A DNA stretch of 27,155 bases, taken from positions 1 to 27,155 of the forward strand of contig JBAXOY010000033.1 of assembly GCA_037133055.1 (NCBI GenBank), given 5' to 3'. The stretch comes from Chlamydiota bacterium (lineage in GTDB: Bacteria; Auribacterota; Tritonobacteria; UBA1439). Positions within the stretch are counted from its first letter, which is position 1. The number at the start of each line of letters is the position of its first letter. This document shows positions 8,113 to 17,034 of this stretch, in pieces. The notes under the pieces are model-generated. The model had not been told where the DNA came from, ran no database searches, and saw only the letters and a list, made by a program, of their open reading frames with translations. The position numbers and the translations under genes were made by a program.

Positions 8113-9746
8113 GCGCGTGGGGGATGGACTGGCTGTCCGTGGGAAGCGCCCGGAGGCCGCTCGGCATCGACATCGGGACCAGCAGCGTCAAGGCGGTCCA
8201 GATGAAGAGGGGCGGCCGCGGGGCGGTGATCACCGCCGTGTTCTCCGCCGAGATCCCGCGCGAGAAGGCGGATCGCCCGCCGCTCGAGGCCATTTCGGCG
8301 GCGATCAGGTCGCTTCTGGAGGAACGGAAGATCACCGCCGACCGGTTCGTCAGCGCGTTTCCCCTCTATTCCGCGATCGTGCGGAACACGATCGTCCCGT
8401 TCCGCGGGACGGGCAAAATCCGGCAGGTGATAAAGTTCCATGCCGAGCCGCTCCTCCCCTTCCCCATCGAGGAGGTGGTGATCGATTTTCACGAGACCCG
8501 TGTCGCCGAGGAGAACAGGACCCCCGTCATCATCATCGGGGCGAAGAAGGACCTGGTCGCCAAGCATCTGGAAATCTTCAAAAACGGCGGGGTCGACCCG
8601 GAGATCGTCGGCCTGGATGCGTTCGCCCTGGTCAACAACTACCTCCTCAGGGCGGGCGGAGCCCCCGCGGACGATCTCGTGATGCTGCTTGATATCGGGG
8701 CGTCGAAAACCGTGCTGGTCATCATGAAGGAGCGCGCGGTCCTTCTCACGAGAAGCGTCAACATCGGCGGCGACGACATCACCGAGGCGATACAGCAGGT
8801 GTGCGCGATCGATTTCCGCGCCGCGGAGGGGCTGAAGAAGGAGCGCGGGTCCGCGCTTCCCGGAGAGAACCCGTCCCCCGAGGAGGCGAAGGTGCACCAG
8901 GCGATCGGCCCGGTGCTCACGCGCCTGAACCGGGAGGTGGACCGGAGCCTCCGCTCGATCTCCGCGACCCTCACCGGCTCGGAGGTCTCCCGCATCTATC
9001 TCTCCGGCGGGGGGGCGCTGCTCCGGGGCGCGCGGGAGCTGTTTGCGAAGGAGTTCAGCTGCCGGGCCGAATACCTTTCCTCGCTCTCCCCCTTCAACGG
9101 TTCTCCGGGCGACGAGGAGATGTGCCTCATGGGCGTCGCCGCAGGCCTCGCGGTGCAGGGGCTCGGGCTTGAAAAAGCGCAGGTGAACCTCCGCAGGGAG
9201 GAGTTCACCCGGGGGGGCGGCCTGGGCAGGGCCGGGCGCCAGTTCGCCGTCGCGGCGGTTCTCCTGCTCTGCATCGCCGGCGTCATGACCTACCGGTTCA
9301 CCTCCTCGCTCATCGCCCAGAGGGTGGAGCACGCCGCCCTTGCGGGCGAACTCGAACGCATCTACCGCGAGACCTTCCCCGACGGCGGACGGGTCGAGCC
9401 CACCTCCGTCGCCGCCGAGATGGAGAAAAGAATCGAGCGCTACCGTGCGGCCAACAAGAGCTTCTCGGCGCTCTCCGCGACGATGGTTTCGTCCCTCGAG
9501 GTCCTGCGGGACATCAGCGAGCTCATCCCGGGGAATCTCAAGGCCCAGGTGACCGACCTCACAATCGGGCAGGACGGCATCGAGATGACCGGCCTTATCA
9601 ACAGCGCCGGCGACGCTGACGAGATCAAGATGGCGCTCAAGAAGTCGAAATATTTTGAGACGGTGGAGATCCCGTCCACGGCCGCGAGCGGGACCAAGCA
9701 GAAGTTCAAGCTCGTCGCAACCCTGAAGAAGGCGGCAGGCCAGTGA
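8109..9746 (+). CDS. gspL: GspL-like protein (PilM-like actin-fold cytoplasmic domain, TM helix, PilN-like periplasmic domain)
   Basis: GIDIGTSSVK, LLDIGASKT, IGGDDITEAI, IYLSGGGA, VNLR, then a TM segment (FAVAAVLLLCIAGVM). Start overlaps the gspK stop (ATGA). Confidence 0.85.
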   Translation: MSAWGMDWLSVGSARRPLGIDIGTSSVKAVQMKRGGRGAVITAVFSAEIPREKADRPPLEAISAAIRSLLEERKITADRFVSAFPLYSAIVRNTIVPFRGTGKIRQVIKFHAEPLLPFPIEEVVIDFHETRVAEENRTPVIIIGAKKDLVAKHLEIFKNGGVDPEIVGLDAFALVNNYLLRAGGAPADDLVMLLDIGASKTVLVIMKERAVLLTRSVNIGGDDITEAIQQVCAIDFRAAEGLKKERGSALPGENPSPEEAKVHQAIGPVLTRLNREVDRSLRSISATLTGSEVSRIYLSGGGALLRGARELFAKEFSCRAEYLSSLSPFNGSPGDEEMCLMGVAAGLAVQGLGLEKAQVNLRREEFTRGGGLGRAGRQFAVAAVLLLCIAGVMTYRFTSSLIAQRVEHAALAGELERIYRETFPDGGRVEPTSVAAEMEKRIERYRAANKSFSALSATMVSSLEVLRDISELIPGNLKAQVTDLTIGQDGIEMTGLINSAGDADEIKMALKKSKYFETVEIPSTAASGTKQKFKLVATLKKAAGQ

Positions 9747-10324
9747 AAAAAATCGCCGCGCGGGAAAAGAAGCTCATCGCAACCGCCCTGGCCGCGCTCG
9801 TCCTCTTTCTTCTCATCCAGTTCGCCCTGAGCCCGCTCCTCGGCTACTACGAGCGGCTGCGGAATGAGACGCCCGCAATGCGGCGGGACCTTGTCACCGC
9901 CCGGCGCTGTGCCGCGCGCTTCGCCGCGCTCGACAGGGAAGTCAAGGGGATCCACGCCAAGCTCGCCCAGCGCAAGAAGGAGTTCAATCCCTACGTGTCC
10001 CTGAGCGACATCGCGCGCAGGCAGGGGCTCTCCACCGAGGGCATCCAGATGGAGAAGAAGCCGGTGGACGAGGAGTTCCAGGAGGAGACGGCCAAGGTCA
10101 CGCTCAGGAAGGCTTCCCTCGAAAAGCTCGTGGGGTACCTGTACGATATCGAGACCTCCGCGGACCTCATGACGGTCAAGGTCCTTTCAGTCAACACCGA
10201 CTCGAACGACTCGCTCCTCCTCGACGCGACCCTCGACGCCTCCACCATCACCAGGGCCGAGAAGCGCGAAGGGACCGTCGTCAAGAAGGCGCCCGCGAAG
10301 AAATCGCGTGGGCGAAAACGCTGA
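9743..10324 (+). CDS. gspM: GspM/PilO-like protein
   Basis: GTGA overlap with the gspL stop. N-terminal AREKKLI plus TM helix, coiled coil, SLEKLVGYLYDIE motif. Confidence 0.8.
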   Translation: MKKIAAREKKLIATALAALVLFLLIQFALSPLLGYYERLRNETPAMRRDLVTARRCAARFAALDREVKGIHAKLAQRKKEFNPYVSLSDIARRQGLSTEGIQMEKKPVDEEFQEETAKVTLRKASLEKLVGYLYDIETSADLMTVKVLSVNTDSNDSLLLDATLDASTITRAEKREGTVVKKAPAKKSRGRKR

Positions 10325-10343
10325 ACACCACCGGGGTGAACCT

Positions 10344-10478
10344 ATGCACAGGGCACTGATCGCCGCCGCGTTCATGGCCGCGCTGCTCCTCGCCGCCGCT
10401 GGCTGCCACCACACCGGCAGGCAGATCCGCAAGGTGGTGGACGGGACGCACGACCTCTTCCTCGAAGGAAGCAATTAG
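10344..10478 (+). CDS. Small predicted lipoprotein, 44 aa (not in the ORF track)
   Basis: Hand translation MHRALIAAAFMAALLLAAAG|CHHTGRQIRKVVDGTHDLFLEGSN*: basic N-terminus, hydrophobic core, lipobox AAGC. GGGGTG lies 5 nt upstream; third codon positions are GC-rich. Confidence 0.72.
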   Translation: MHRALIAAAFMAALLLAAAGCHHTGRQIRKVVDGTHDLFLEGSN

Positions 10479-10507
10479 GGCTCACTCGCGGGGGACCCTC
10501 ACAGTAC

Positions 10508-10548
10508 CCCCCTCCCCCCTTGAGGAGAAGGGTCGGGGTGGGGGGTGG
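10508..10548. repeat. REP-like C-tract/G-tract palindromic element
   Basis: CCCCCCTCCCCCTTGAGGAGAAGGGTCGGGGTGGGGG forms an imperfect hairpin between the small ORF and the radical SAM gene. Confidence 0.5.
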
Positions 10549-10623
10549 AACTATCCGCTGTACGTGACCCCCTACGGCTGAGCCCGGAGCCCGGGCGCAA
10601 CGCGCGCCGCTGGAGATCCCCCC

Positions 10624-11742
10624 ATGCTGAACCGCTACCTGTCGGGCCGCCGCATCCCCCTCCCCCACATCCTGACCATCGAGGTGACCTCCCGGTGCAA
10701 CCTGCGGTGCGTCATGTGCCCGAAGACCGCGGGCTTCGTGAACACGGCGCCCGACCGCGTCATTTCCCCCGCGGTGATCGACCGGATCGAGCCCGTCCTC
10801 GGGGCCGTGGACGGCGCGGACCTGAGCGGTCTCTGGGGCGAGGCGTTCCTCTTCCCCGACCTGTACCTCGACATACTCCGCCGGTTGAAGCGGCGGCATA
10901 TCGGCGTCCACACGGTCAGCAACGGGACCCTCATCACCGATTCCCTCGCGGGCGAACTCGTCGCGCTCGGGCTGGACCGGCTCGAGATTTCGGTCGACGC
11001 CGCCCGACCGGAGACCTACCGGAGGGTGCGGCGGGGCGGCGAGCTCGATCGGGTGATCGGGGGGGTGCGTGCGATCGCGCGCCACAAGGAACGGACCCGC
11101 ACACGGCTCCCGGCGATAAAGCTTCTCTTCCTCGGGATGACCGACACGATCGAGGAACTCCCCGAGTTCGTGCGCCTGGCCGCCTCCCTGAAGGTTCCCA
11201 CCGTGGTCCTTCAGGCGATGGGCGAATATGAGTCCGTGAAGGGGAAATCCGTGGCGGCGGGACACCGGGAAACCGGCCGGCGGTGGCTCGAGGCCGCGCG
11301 CGGGGAGGCGCGCAGGCTCGGGATCACCATAGAGCTCTTTCCCCCGGACCAGTTTTTCGACGCGGCCCCCACCGCCCCGTCAGACGCCCCGGCGCCCGCC
11401 CCGTGCGCGGCGAAGGACTGTTTCTTCCCGTGGGACCGCGCGGTGATCGCCGCCTCCGGCGAGGTCTTCCCCTGCTGCTCCTCACCCGCCCCCTTCGGCG
11501 ACCTGATGGATCGATCATTCGAGGAGATCTGGCACGGCGCGGAGTACCGGCGGCTGCGCGCGGCCCTGCTCGGCGGCGAGCTCCCGCTCATGTGCCGGAC
11601 ATGCACAGGCCAGGCATGGACCGTGCGCCGCCGCGGCGATGCGGCGCGCGCGGCGATGCGGCTCGAGCGAAGCCGCCTGCGGCAGAGGCTGCGGCGCTCG
11701 CCGCTCCTCAGGAAGATCAGGAACTCGTTCAAAACATCATGA
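10624..11742 (+). CDS. Radical SAM protein with C-terminal SPASM/twitch-like domain
   Basis: CxxxCxxC (CNLRCVMC), GLWGEAFL, SNGTL, ISVDA. C-terminal CFFPW...GEVFPCC...G...SFEEIW...CRTC. Confidence 0.92.
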   Translation: MLNRYLSGRRIPLPHILTIEVTSRCNLRCVMCPKTAGFVNTAPDRVISPAVIDRIEPVLGAVDGADLSGLWGEAFLFPDLYLDILRRLKRRHIGVHTVSNGTLITDSLAGELVALGLDRLEISVDAARPETYRRVRRGGELDRVIGGVRAIARHKERTRTRLPAIKLLFLGMTDTIEELPEFVRLAASLKVPTVVLQAMGEYESVKGKSVAAGHRETGRRWLEAARGEARRLGITIELFPPDQFFDAAPTAPSDAPAPAPCAAKDCFFPWDRAVIAASGEVFPCCSSPAPFGDLMDRSFEEIWHGAEYRRLRAALLGGELPLMCRTCTGQAWTVRRRGDAARAAMRLERSRLRQRLRRSPLLRKIRNSFKTS

Positions 11743-12950
11743 ACCGTCCGCTCTCCCCGCGCCCTGCCTCATGGATCACCGCCCCCCTCGCCGCCATCGC
11801 GGCGGCGAGCCTCCTGAGCGATGTCGGGCACGAGATGGCGACCGCGGTCTTCCCGATCTTCATCGGGACCCTCGGGCTCGGGGCCGCGTCCCTCGGCATG
11901 ATCGAGGGGAGCGCCGACCTCCTGAACAGCATCGCGAAGATGTGGGGCGGCTGGCTCGGCCAGCGGCTCACGCGGAAGAAGGGGGTCACGGCCCTCGGCT
12001 ACCTCGTCACCGCGGCCGCGACGGGGGCGTGCGCGTGGGCGCGCGGCTTCTGGGGGTTTTTCAGCCTGCGCTCCCTCGCGTGGATCGGGAGGGGATACCG
12101 CTCTCCCCTCAGGGATTTCCTGATCTCCGACGCGGTCCCCGCGTCGCACTACGGGAGGGCGTTCGGCCTTGAGCGGGCGGGGGACATGGCGGGGGCCGTG
12201 CTGGGGCCGCTCGCGGCGGCGGGGCTCATCGCCCTCGGCCTCGGCTACCGGAGGATCTTCGCCGCCGCCTTTCTCCCCGGGGTTCTCGCCGCGGCGTGCG
12301 TCTGGCTCTTCGTGCGCGAGAAGCCGCGCGGGGCCGCGGCGCCGTCGTCGATCCGCGCGATCCACGCCCGTCTCCCCCGCGGGTTCCTGCCGCTCCTCGG
12401 CGCGATCCTCGTCTTCGGGATGGGCGACTTCTCGAGGAGTTTCCTCATCCTCGCCGCGGCGCGGGCCGTGGGAGGCCGCGCGCACGGGCCGTGGGGGCTG
12501 AGCCTGCCCGTCCTCCTCTATGTCCTCCACAACGCGGTGAGCGCCCTCTCCACCTTCCCCGCGGGGAGGGCGAGCGACCGGTGGGACAGGCGGCGCGTGC
12601 TCGCCTTCGGATACGGCCTCGGGGCGCTCTGCAACCTGCTCCTGTGCCTCCGCGGCGGGTCGATCGCGGCGCTCACGCTCGCCTTCGTCATCTCGGGGAT
12701 GTACATCGCAGTCGAGGAGACCGTGGAGAAGGCGTGCGTGTCGCAGATGCTCGCGCGCGAGGTGCGGAGCTACGGGCTCGGGCTTCTCGCCGCGGCGAAC
12801 GCGGCGGGGGACATGGCCTCGAGCGTCTACGTGGGCATCCTCTGGGAATGGGCGGGCCCTGCGTGGGCGTTCGGGACCGCGTGCGCCTTCTCGGCGGCGG
12901 GGTGCGCCCTCGTCGCGGCGTTGCGTATCGGCGCGCCACGGCGTTCGTGA
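11739..12950 (+). CDS. MFS transporter
   Basis: About 12 hydrophobic segments. SLLSDVGHEM, GRGYRSPLRD, GRAFGLERAGD..GA..GP, GRASDRWDRR (motif A-like). ATGA overlap with the radical SAM gene. Confidence 0.92.
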   Translation: MNRPLSPRPASWITAPLAAIAAASLLSDVGHEMATAVFPIFIGTLGLGAASLGMIEGSADLLNSIAKMWGGWLGQRLTRKKGVTALGYLVTAAATGACAWARGFWGFFSLRSLAWIGRGYRSPLRDFLISDAVPASHYGRAFGLERAGDMAGAVLGPLAAAGLIALGLGYRRIFAAAFLPGVLAAACVWLFVREKPRGAAAPSSIRAIHARLPRGFLPLLGAILVFGMGDFSRSFLILAAARAVGGRAHGPWGLSLPVLLYVLHNAVSALSTFPAGRASDRWDRRRVLAFGYGLGALCNLLLCLRGGSIAALTLAFVISGMYIAVEETVEKACVSQMLAREVRSYGLGLLAAANAAGDMASSVYVGILWEWAGPAWAFGTACAFSAAGCALVAALRIGAPRRS

Positions 12951-12958
12951 CAGAGGGC

Positions 12959-14200
12959 TCAGCGCCCCTTCACGAACGCCCCGAGCCCGCAGGCCTTCAC
13001 GTACTCGTCCGCGCAGCCGAAGAGCTGGGCGGCAAGGTATCCGGCGAGCGCGAGCGTCTCCTGCCTGAACAGGTCGAATTCGAACGGCGCCCCGATCTTC
13101 TCCGCGAGCATCGGCATCGGCTCCAGGCTGTGGTAGCCGTAGTCGGGGCGGTGCTCCATGCCGTGGTCCGCGGTGACGATGATGAGGTCGCCGGGGCGGA
13201 GCAGCCCCTTCATCCGGGGGAGCTGCCGGTCGAACTCCTCGACGGAGTTCAGGGCCCCCTCGATGTCGCGGGTGTGGCCGAACAGGCTGTCGGCGTCCAC
13301 GAAGTTGGCGAAGACGAAGCTCCCCTCCGGGCGCGGCTCCCGCCGCGCGGCGTCGAGCGCGTTCAGGGCGCCCTGGATCGAAAACGGGTTCGTGTCGCGT
13401 TTCTTCGCGTCCACGAACCGGTAGCCGCACGCGGGGTCGAGGGAGGAGGGGTCGGTCAGTTTCACCTTGTCGTCGAAGTGCGCCCCGACGAGCTCCGCCG
13501 TCTTCCCCACGCTCACCGTGCGGACGCCGCGACGGGCCGCGATCTCGATGAGGGTGGGCTGCGTGAGCGGCAGGGTACAGTCGTGCCGGTTGGGGGTCCT
13601 GAAGACCGCCCCGTCCTTCATCACGTAGGAGCGTCCGATGACGCGGGTGATGCGCACGCCCATCCGCTGCGCGAGGGCGAAGGCGGCGTCTACCATCCGG
13701 TGCTGCTCTGGGACCGGGATCACCGTCTCGTTCATCCCGAGCTGGAGGACCGGGTCGCACTTGCTCGCGTAGAGGATCGGGAAGCCGGTCCGCTCGTGCT
13801 CCTCGCGGTTGTCCTGGATCGCCTCCATCCCCCCCGCCATTTTATTGAAGAACACCCTCCGGCCGATCTCCTTCTCGAGCGCCCGCACGTAGTCGGCGGG
13901 GAACCCCTCGGGGAAAAGCTGGTAGGTCCTGTGGTCGATCACCCCGACCATCTCGCGGTGCCCCACCGTGCTGTCGGGATACGCCGAGGCCTGCGAGACG
14001 CCGCGCGCGAACTGCGCGCGGGGGTTGGGCCGCACCGTCTTCCTGAACCGCTCCGCGAGGATGTTCCCGAGCCCGAGCGCCCTGAGGTGGGGCAGCGCGA
14101 TCGCGCGCGGTTTCCTGTCGAGGAGATATTCCAGCGTCGTCACCCCGACCGCGTCGAGCACGAGGATCAGCGCGGTGGGTCCATTCTTCATCGTCGTCAT
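12959..14200 (-). CDS. deoB: Phosphopentomutase-like enzyme (alkaline phosphatase superfamily)
   Basis: LVLDAVGV, DSTVGHREMVG, RVIGR, NRHD, NFVDADSLFGHTRD, IVTADHG and H-x-x-E metal ligands. Confidence 0.78.
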   Translation of the reverse strand: MTTMKNGPTALILVLDAVGVTTLEYLLDRKPRAIALPHLRALGLGNILAERFRKTVRPNPRAQFARGVSQASAYPDSTVGHREMVGVIDHRTYQLFPEGFPADYVRALEKEIGRRVFFNKMAGGMEAIQDNREEHERTGFPILYASKCDPVLQLGMNETVIPVPEQHRMVDAAFALAQRMGVRITRVIGRSYVMKDGAVFRTPNRHDCTLPLTQPTLIEIAARRGVRTVSVGKTAELVGAHFDDKVKLTDPSSLDPACGYRFVDAKKRDTNPFSIQGALNALDAARREPRPEGSFVFANFVDADSLFGHTRDIEGALNSVEEFDRQLPRMKGLLRPGDLIIVTADHGMEHRPDYGYHSLEPMPMLAEKIGAPFEFDLFRQETLALAGYLAAQLFGCADEYVKACGLGAFVKGR

Positions 14201-14292
14201 CGTTCCTCCATATTCCGCGTCCGGTGACAGTCTAGGGCACGCGTGGCGCCCCTGTCACGGGATTTGTGGACGCCGAAGTATCCCCCCGGTTA

Positions 14293-14357
14293 CGTAGGGG
14301 GGCCTTGCCCCATAGGGCCACAGGGTCCCGAAGGGACGGCGTGACGGCCCCCCCACG
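14293..14357. repeat. GTAG-initiated palindromic element with two internal hairpins
   Basis: CGTAGGGGGGCC (14293-14304) pairs with GGCCCCCCCACG (14346-14357) with one mismatch. Internal hairpins GCCC-CATA-GGGC and GTCCC-GAA-GGGAC. Confidence 0.6.
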
Positions 14358-14413
14358 CACATAGAGGGCGGTCCCATTCTGTAACTGAGGGATTATCAGG
14401 TTCTTCTCGCTGT

Positions 14414-14441
14414 TTGACTCCCGGGGCGAATGGTGTATAGT
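14414..14441 (+). promoter_or_regulatory. Sigma70-type promoter for the Lon N-domain gene
   Basis: TTGACT-16 bp-TATAGT, ending 19 bp before ATG 14461. Confidence 0.65.
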
Positions 14442-14460
14442 GGACGGGGGGGTGAATGCA

Positions 14461-15141
14461 ATGCCGGATAGCCCACGCATCGGGATACCCGCGAGGAGCG
14501 CGGTCTTCCCGCTCCCCGACTCGATCCTCTTCCCCAACACCCTCCTCCCCCTGTTCATCTTCGAGCCGCACTACCGCCTCATGCTCGAGGACTGCCTCAG
14601 GGGGGACAGCCTCATCACGGTCGCGCTCATGCGGAAAGGGGCCCCCAAGAGCCTCCTCGACGCCCCCACCTACGCGGTCGCCGGGCTCGGGCAGGTGACC
14701 ACGGTCATGCGGCTCCCCGATTCCACGTCCAGGATATTCCTCGGGGGCATCGCCCGCGTGGCGATCAGGCGCTACACGCAGCGCCGCCCGTACCCGATCG
14801 CCGAGATCGAGCTCCTGGAATCCCGCCTCGCCGAGCCCGGCCGCCTGGACGCCCGCCGCCTGCGCATCGTTTCCCTCTTCCGCGCGCTCGTCGGCGACCG
14901 GGACGACGCGGCGCGGGGCTTCATCGCGCGCATCGAGGAGATGAAGGACCCCGAGGTCACCGCCAACCTGATCGCGGCGGGGCTCAATGTCGATTCTCAC
15001 GTGAAGCAGCGGCTGCTCGAAACGCTCGACCTCCCGGAGCGGCTCGACCGCCTGGCCCGCCTTCTCGAGGAGCAGCTCCGGCACGCGCGGATCATCCGCC
15101 GGATACTCGCCCGCGCGCCGCAGAACGTCCAGGACAACTGA
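14461..15141 (+). CDS. Stand-alone Lon peptidase N-terminal (substrate-binding) domain protein
   Basis: VFPLPDSILFPNTLLPLFIFEPHYRLML and KQRLLETLD...RL. No AAA+ or protease domain follows. Confidence 0.9.
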   Translation: MPDSPRIGIPARSAVFPLPDSILFPNTLLPLFIFEPHYRLMLEDCLRGDSLITVALMRKGAPKSLLDAPTYAVAGLGQVTTVMRLPDSTSRIFLGGIARVAIRRYTQRRPYPIAEIELLESRLAEPGRLDARRLRIVSLFRALVGDRDDAARGFIARIEEMKDPEVTANLIAAGLNVDSHVKQRLLETLDLPERLDRLARLLEEQLRHARIIRRILARAPQNVQDN

Positions 15142-15148
15142 CCTCGTC

Positions 15149-16495
15149 TCACATCGCCGCGTAGCGCCGCATGAACGCCTCCACGCAGCGAATCCCCTCG
15201 AAATAGTCGGCGAGGAGGATGTTCTCATTCGGGGCGTGGTCGCAGGAGTCGGCATTCCCGACGCCGAAGGAGACCGAGGGGACATCGAGGGTCGTGCACA
15301 CGTCGTGCACCGGGCCGCTCCACGGCGCCACGGGATACAGTATCGGCTCCCGGTCGCACACCTCGCGGCTGGCGTCATACGCGGCCCTGACGATCGGGTC
15401 CCCGGGGTCGGTCACGGCGGGCATGAAGCCGCCGAGCTGCCGGATCTCGACGTCGCCGAAGCCGCGCCTGTCGAGATGCAGCCTAAGCGCGCGGAGCAGC
15501 TTCTCCGGTGTCATCCCCGGCACGAGGCGGAAGTCGATCTTCGCGACCGCCTCGGAGGGGAGCACCGTCTTCGACCCCTTCCCCGTGTAGCCAGAATTGA
15601 GGCCGCATATCGTGCAGGTGGGCGCCGTGAGAAATTCCCGCGGCAGTTCCTCCCCGGACAGCCCCCGGATAAAGCCCCCGACGCCGTGGGTCTTCATGAA
15701 CCCGTCCGCGTCGAACGGCACCTCCCGGAGCGCCCGCTCCTCCGCCTCCCGCAGGGGCCGCGCCTCGTCCATCCATCCGTCCACGGTGATCCGGTAATCC
15801 GGCCCGAGGAGCGTCGCGAGCGCCCAGACCATGCGCCACGCGGGGTTCGGCACGATGCTCGCGTAGGAGGAGTGCAGATCGTGCCGCGCGCCCTTCACCC
15901 GCAGCTCGACGTAGCAGAGCCCCTTGACGCCGCAGCTCAGGACCGGGCGGCCCCCGGGATCCTTCCAGGAGAGCTCCCAGAGGCAGCCGTCCGCCCTGAG
16001 CATCTCCGCGTGGCGGCGGATGAAGCCGTAAAGGTGCGCGGACCCGATCTCCTCCTCGCCCTCGACGAGGAACTTCACCTTGATCGGCAGGCGGCCCGCG
16101 AGCTCCATGCAGGCGCGCACGGCGTGGACGCGCGCCATCAGGTTGCCCTTGTTGTCGCTCGCCCCCCGGCAGTAGAGCTTCCCGTCGCGGACCCCGGGCT
16201 CGAAGGGGGGGCTCTTCCACAGATCGAGCGGCTCGGGCGGCTGCACATCGTAGTGGTTGTAGATCAGGAGTGTCTTCGGCCCATCGCCGGCCTCCGCGTA
16301 GACGATGGGCGGGGCGCCCTCGACCGGGATGAGCCGCGCGGTCGCTCCCGCAGCGCCGAGGAGACGCGCCGCCATCGCGGCCGCGTCCTCGAGGGCCCGG
16401 CGGTCGTGCTCGGTGGACGGGATGCGGCAGAGCCCCTTCAGCTCGGAAAGGAACTCCTCCCGGTGCTCATCGAGGTACGTCCGTAGTGCGGTCAT
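15149..16495 (-). CDS. M20/M25/M40 family metallopeptidase (dipeptidase-like)
   Basis: YNHYDVQP, RGASDNKG, EGEEEIGS, DLHSS, HAPNE. Confidence 0.93.
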   Translation of the reverse strand: MTALRTYLDEHREEFLSELKGLCRIPSTEHDRRALEDAAAMAARLLGAAGATARLIPVEGAPPIVYAEAGDGPKTLLIYNHYDVQPPEPLDLWKSPPFEPGVRDGKLYCRGASDNKGNLMARVHAVRACMELAGRLPIKVKFLVEGEEEIGSAHLYGFIRRHAEMLRADGCLWELSWKDPGGRPVLSCGVKGLCYVELRVKGARHDLHSSYASIVPNPAWRMVWALATLLGPDYRITVDGWMDEARPLREAEERALREVPFDADGFMKTHGVGGFIRGLSGEELPREFLTAPTCTICGLNSGYTGKGSKTVLPSEAVAKIDFRLVPGMTPEKLLRALRLHLDRRGFGDVEIRQLGGFMPAVTDPGDPIVRAAYDASREVCDREPILYPVAPWSGPVHDVCTTLDVPSVSFGVGNADSCDHAPNENILLADYFEGIRCVEAFMRRYAAM

Positions 16496-16535
16496 GTGGG
16501 CGATTCTTCAAGGCCGCGTTTCGGGTCCCGCCTCC

Positions 16536-16565
16536 TTGACAGCGTCCCGAAATCGTGCTAACCAT
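16536..16565 (+). promoter_or_regulatory. Possible sigma70 promoter for the TPR gene
   Basis: Perfect TTGACA, 17 bp, then an imperfect -10 TAACCA preceded by TGC. RBS AGGAG before ATG 16581. Confidence 0.45.
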
Positions 16566-16580
16566 ACATCAGGAGATGCC

Positions 16581-17012
16581 ATGAGAGACGGAGAGCGGCA
16601 GCCACCCATCCCCTGCGGCGACCAGGGCGATCTCGATTTCGAGATCGAATTCTACCGCGCCATTGTAGCGCAGGCGCCGGAATATGTCGATGCGCTGATG
16701 CTCCTCGGCGAGGCCTGCACGCGGAAGGGGCTCTACGCGGAGGGGTTGGAGGTGGACCGGCGGCTCAGCGCGCTGCGCCCCGGGGACCCGATCGTCCACT
16801 ACAACCTCGCCTGCAGCTACAGCCTTACCCGCAGGAAAAAAGAGGCCCTCGAGAGCCTGGAGAGATCGATCGAGTTCGGGTACCGCGACCTCGCGCACCT
16901 CGCAAAGGACAGCGACCTCGCCTATCTCCACGGGGACCGGTCGTTTCACCGGCTGGTCCACCGGCTCGGGAGGAAGATCCTCAGGGTGATTCGCCAGCGC
17001 TCCCGGGAATAA
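16581..17012 (+). CDS. Small TPR protein
   Basis: PEYVDALMLLGE...G.Y.EGL, DPIVHYNLACSYSL....EALESLERSIEFGY, D.DL..L. RBS AGGAG. Confidence 0.85.
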   Translation: MRDGERQPPIPCGDQGDLDFEIEFYRAIVAQAPEYVDALMLLGEACTRKGLYAEGLEVDRRLSALRPGDPIVHYNLACSYSLTRRKKEALESLERSIEFGYRDLAHLAKDSDLAYLHGDRSFHRLVHRLGRKILRVIRQRSRE

Positions 17013-17034
17013 GGCTCTGCCGCGCCGTCCCCCG

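Noticed and set aside
10485..10595. Partial resemblance to the ydaO/c-di-AMP riboswitch (GGGGGACCC ... GGGGTGGAA)
   Set aside because: It lacks the 5' GCTGAA element and the conserved CCCGTCAGCTAAC 3' block, and its 5' part would overlap the small ORF. A cmscan would settle it.
10325..10623. Missing gspC/gspN/gspO as evidence of a defective T2SS
   Set aside because: The operon is cut at the window start, and gspO/pilD and gspN are often encoded elsewhere or absent.
14315..14350. Resemblance to the c-di-GMP-I riboswitch P3 (GCCACAGGGTC...GACGGCC)
   Set aside because: The GGCAAA, GNRA-capped P2 and GACGCAAA elements are absent.
14461..15141. Truncated lon pseudogene
   Set aside because: The ORF is intact with a clean stop and promoter, no AAA+ remnant follows, and stand-alone Lon N-domain proteins are a known family.
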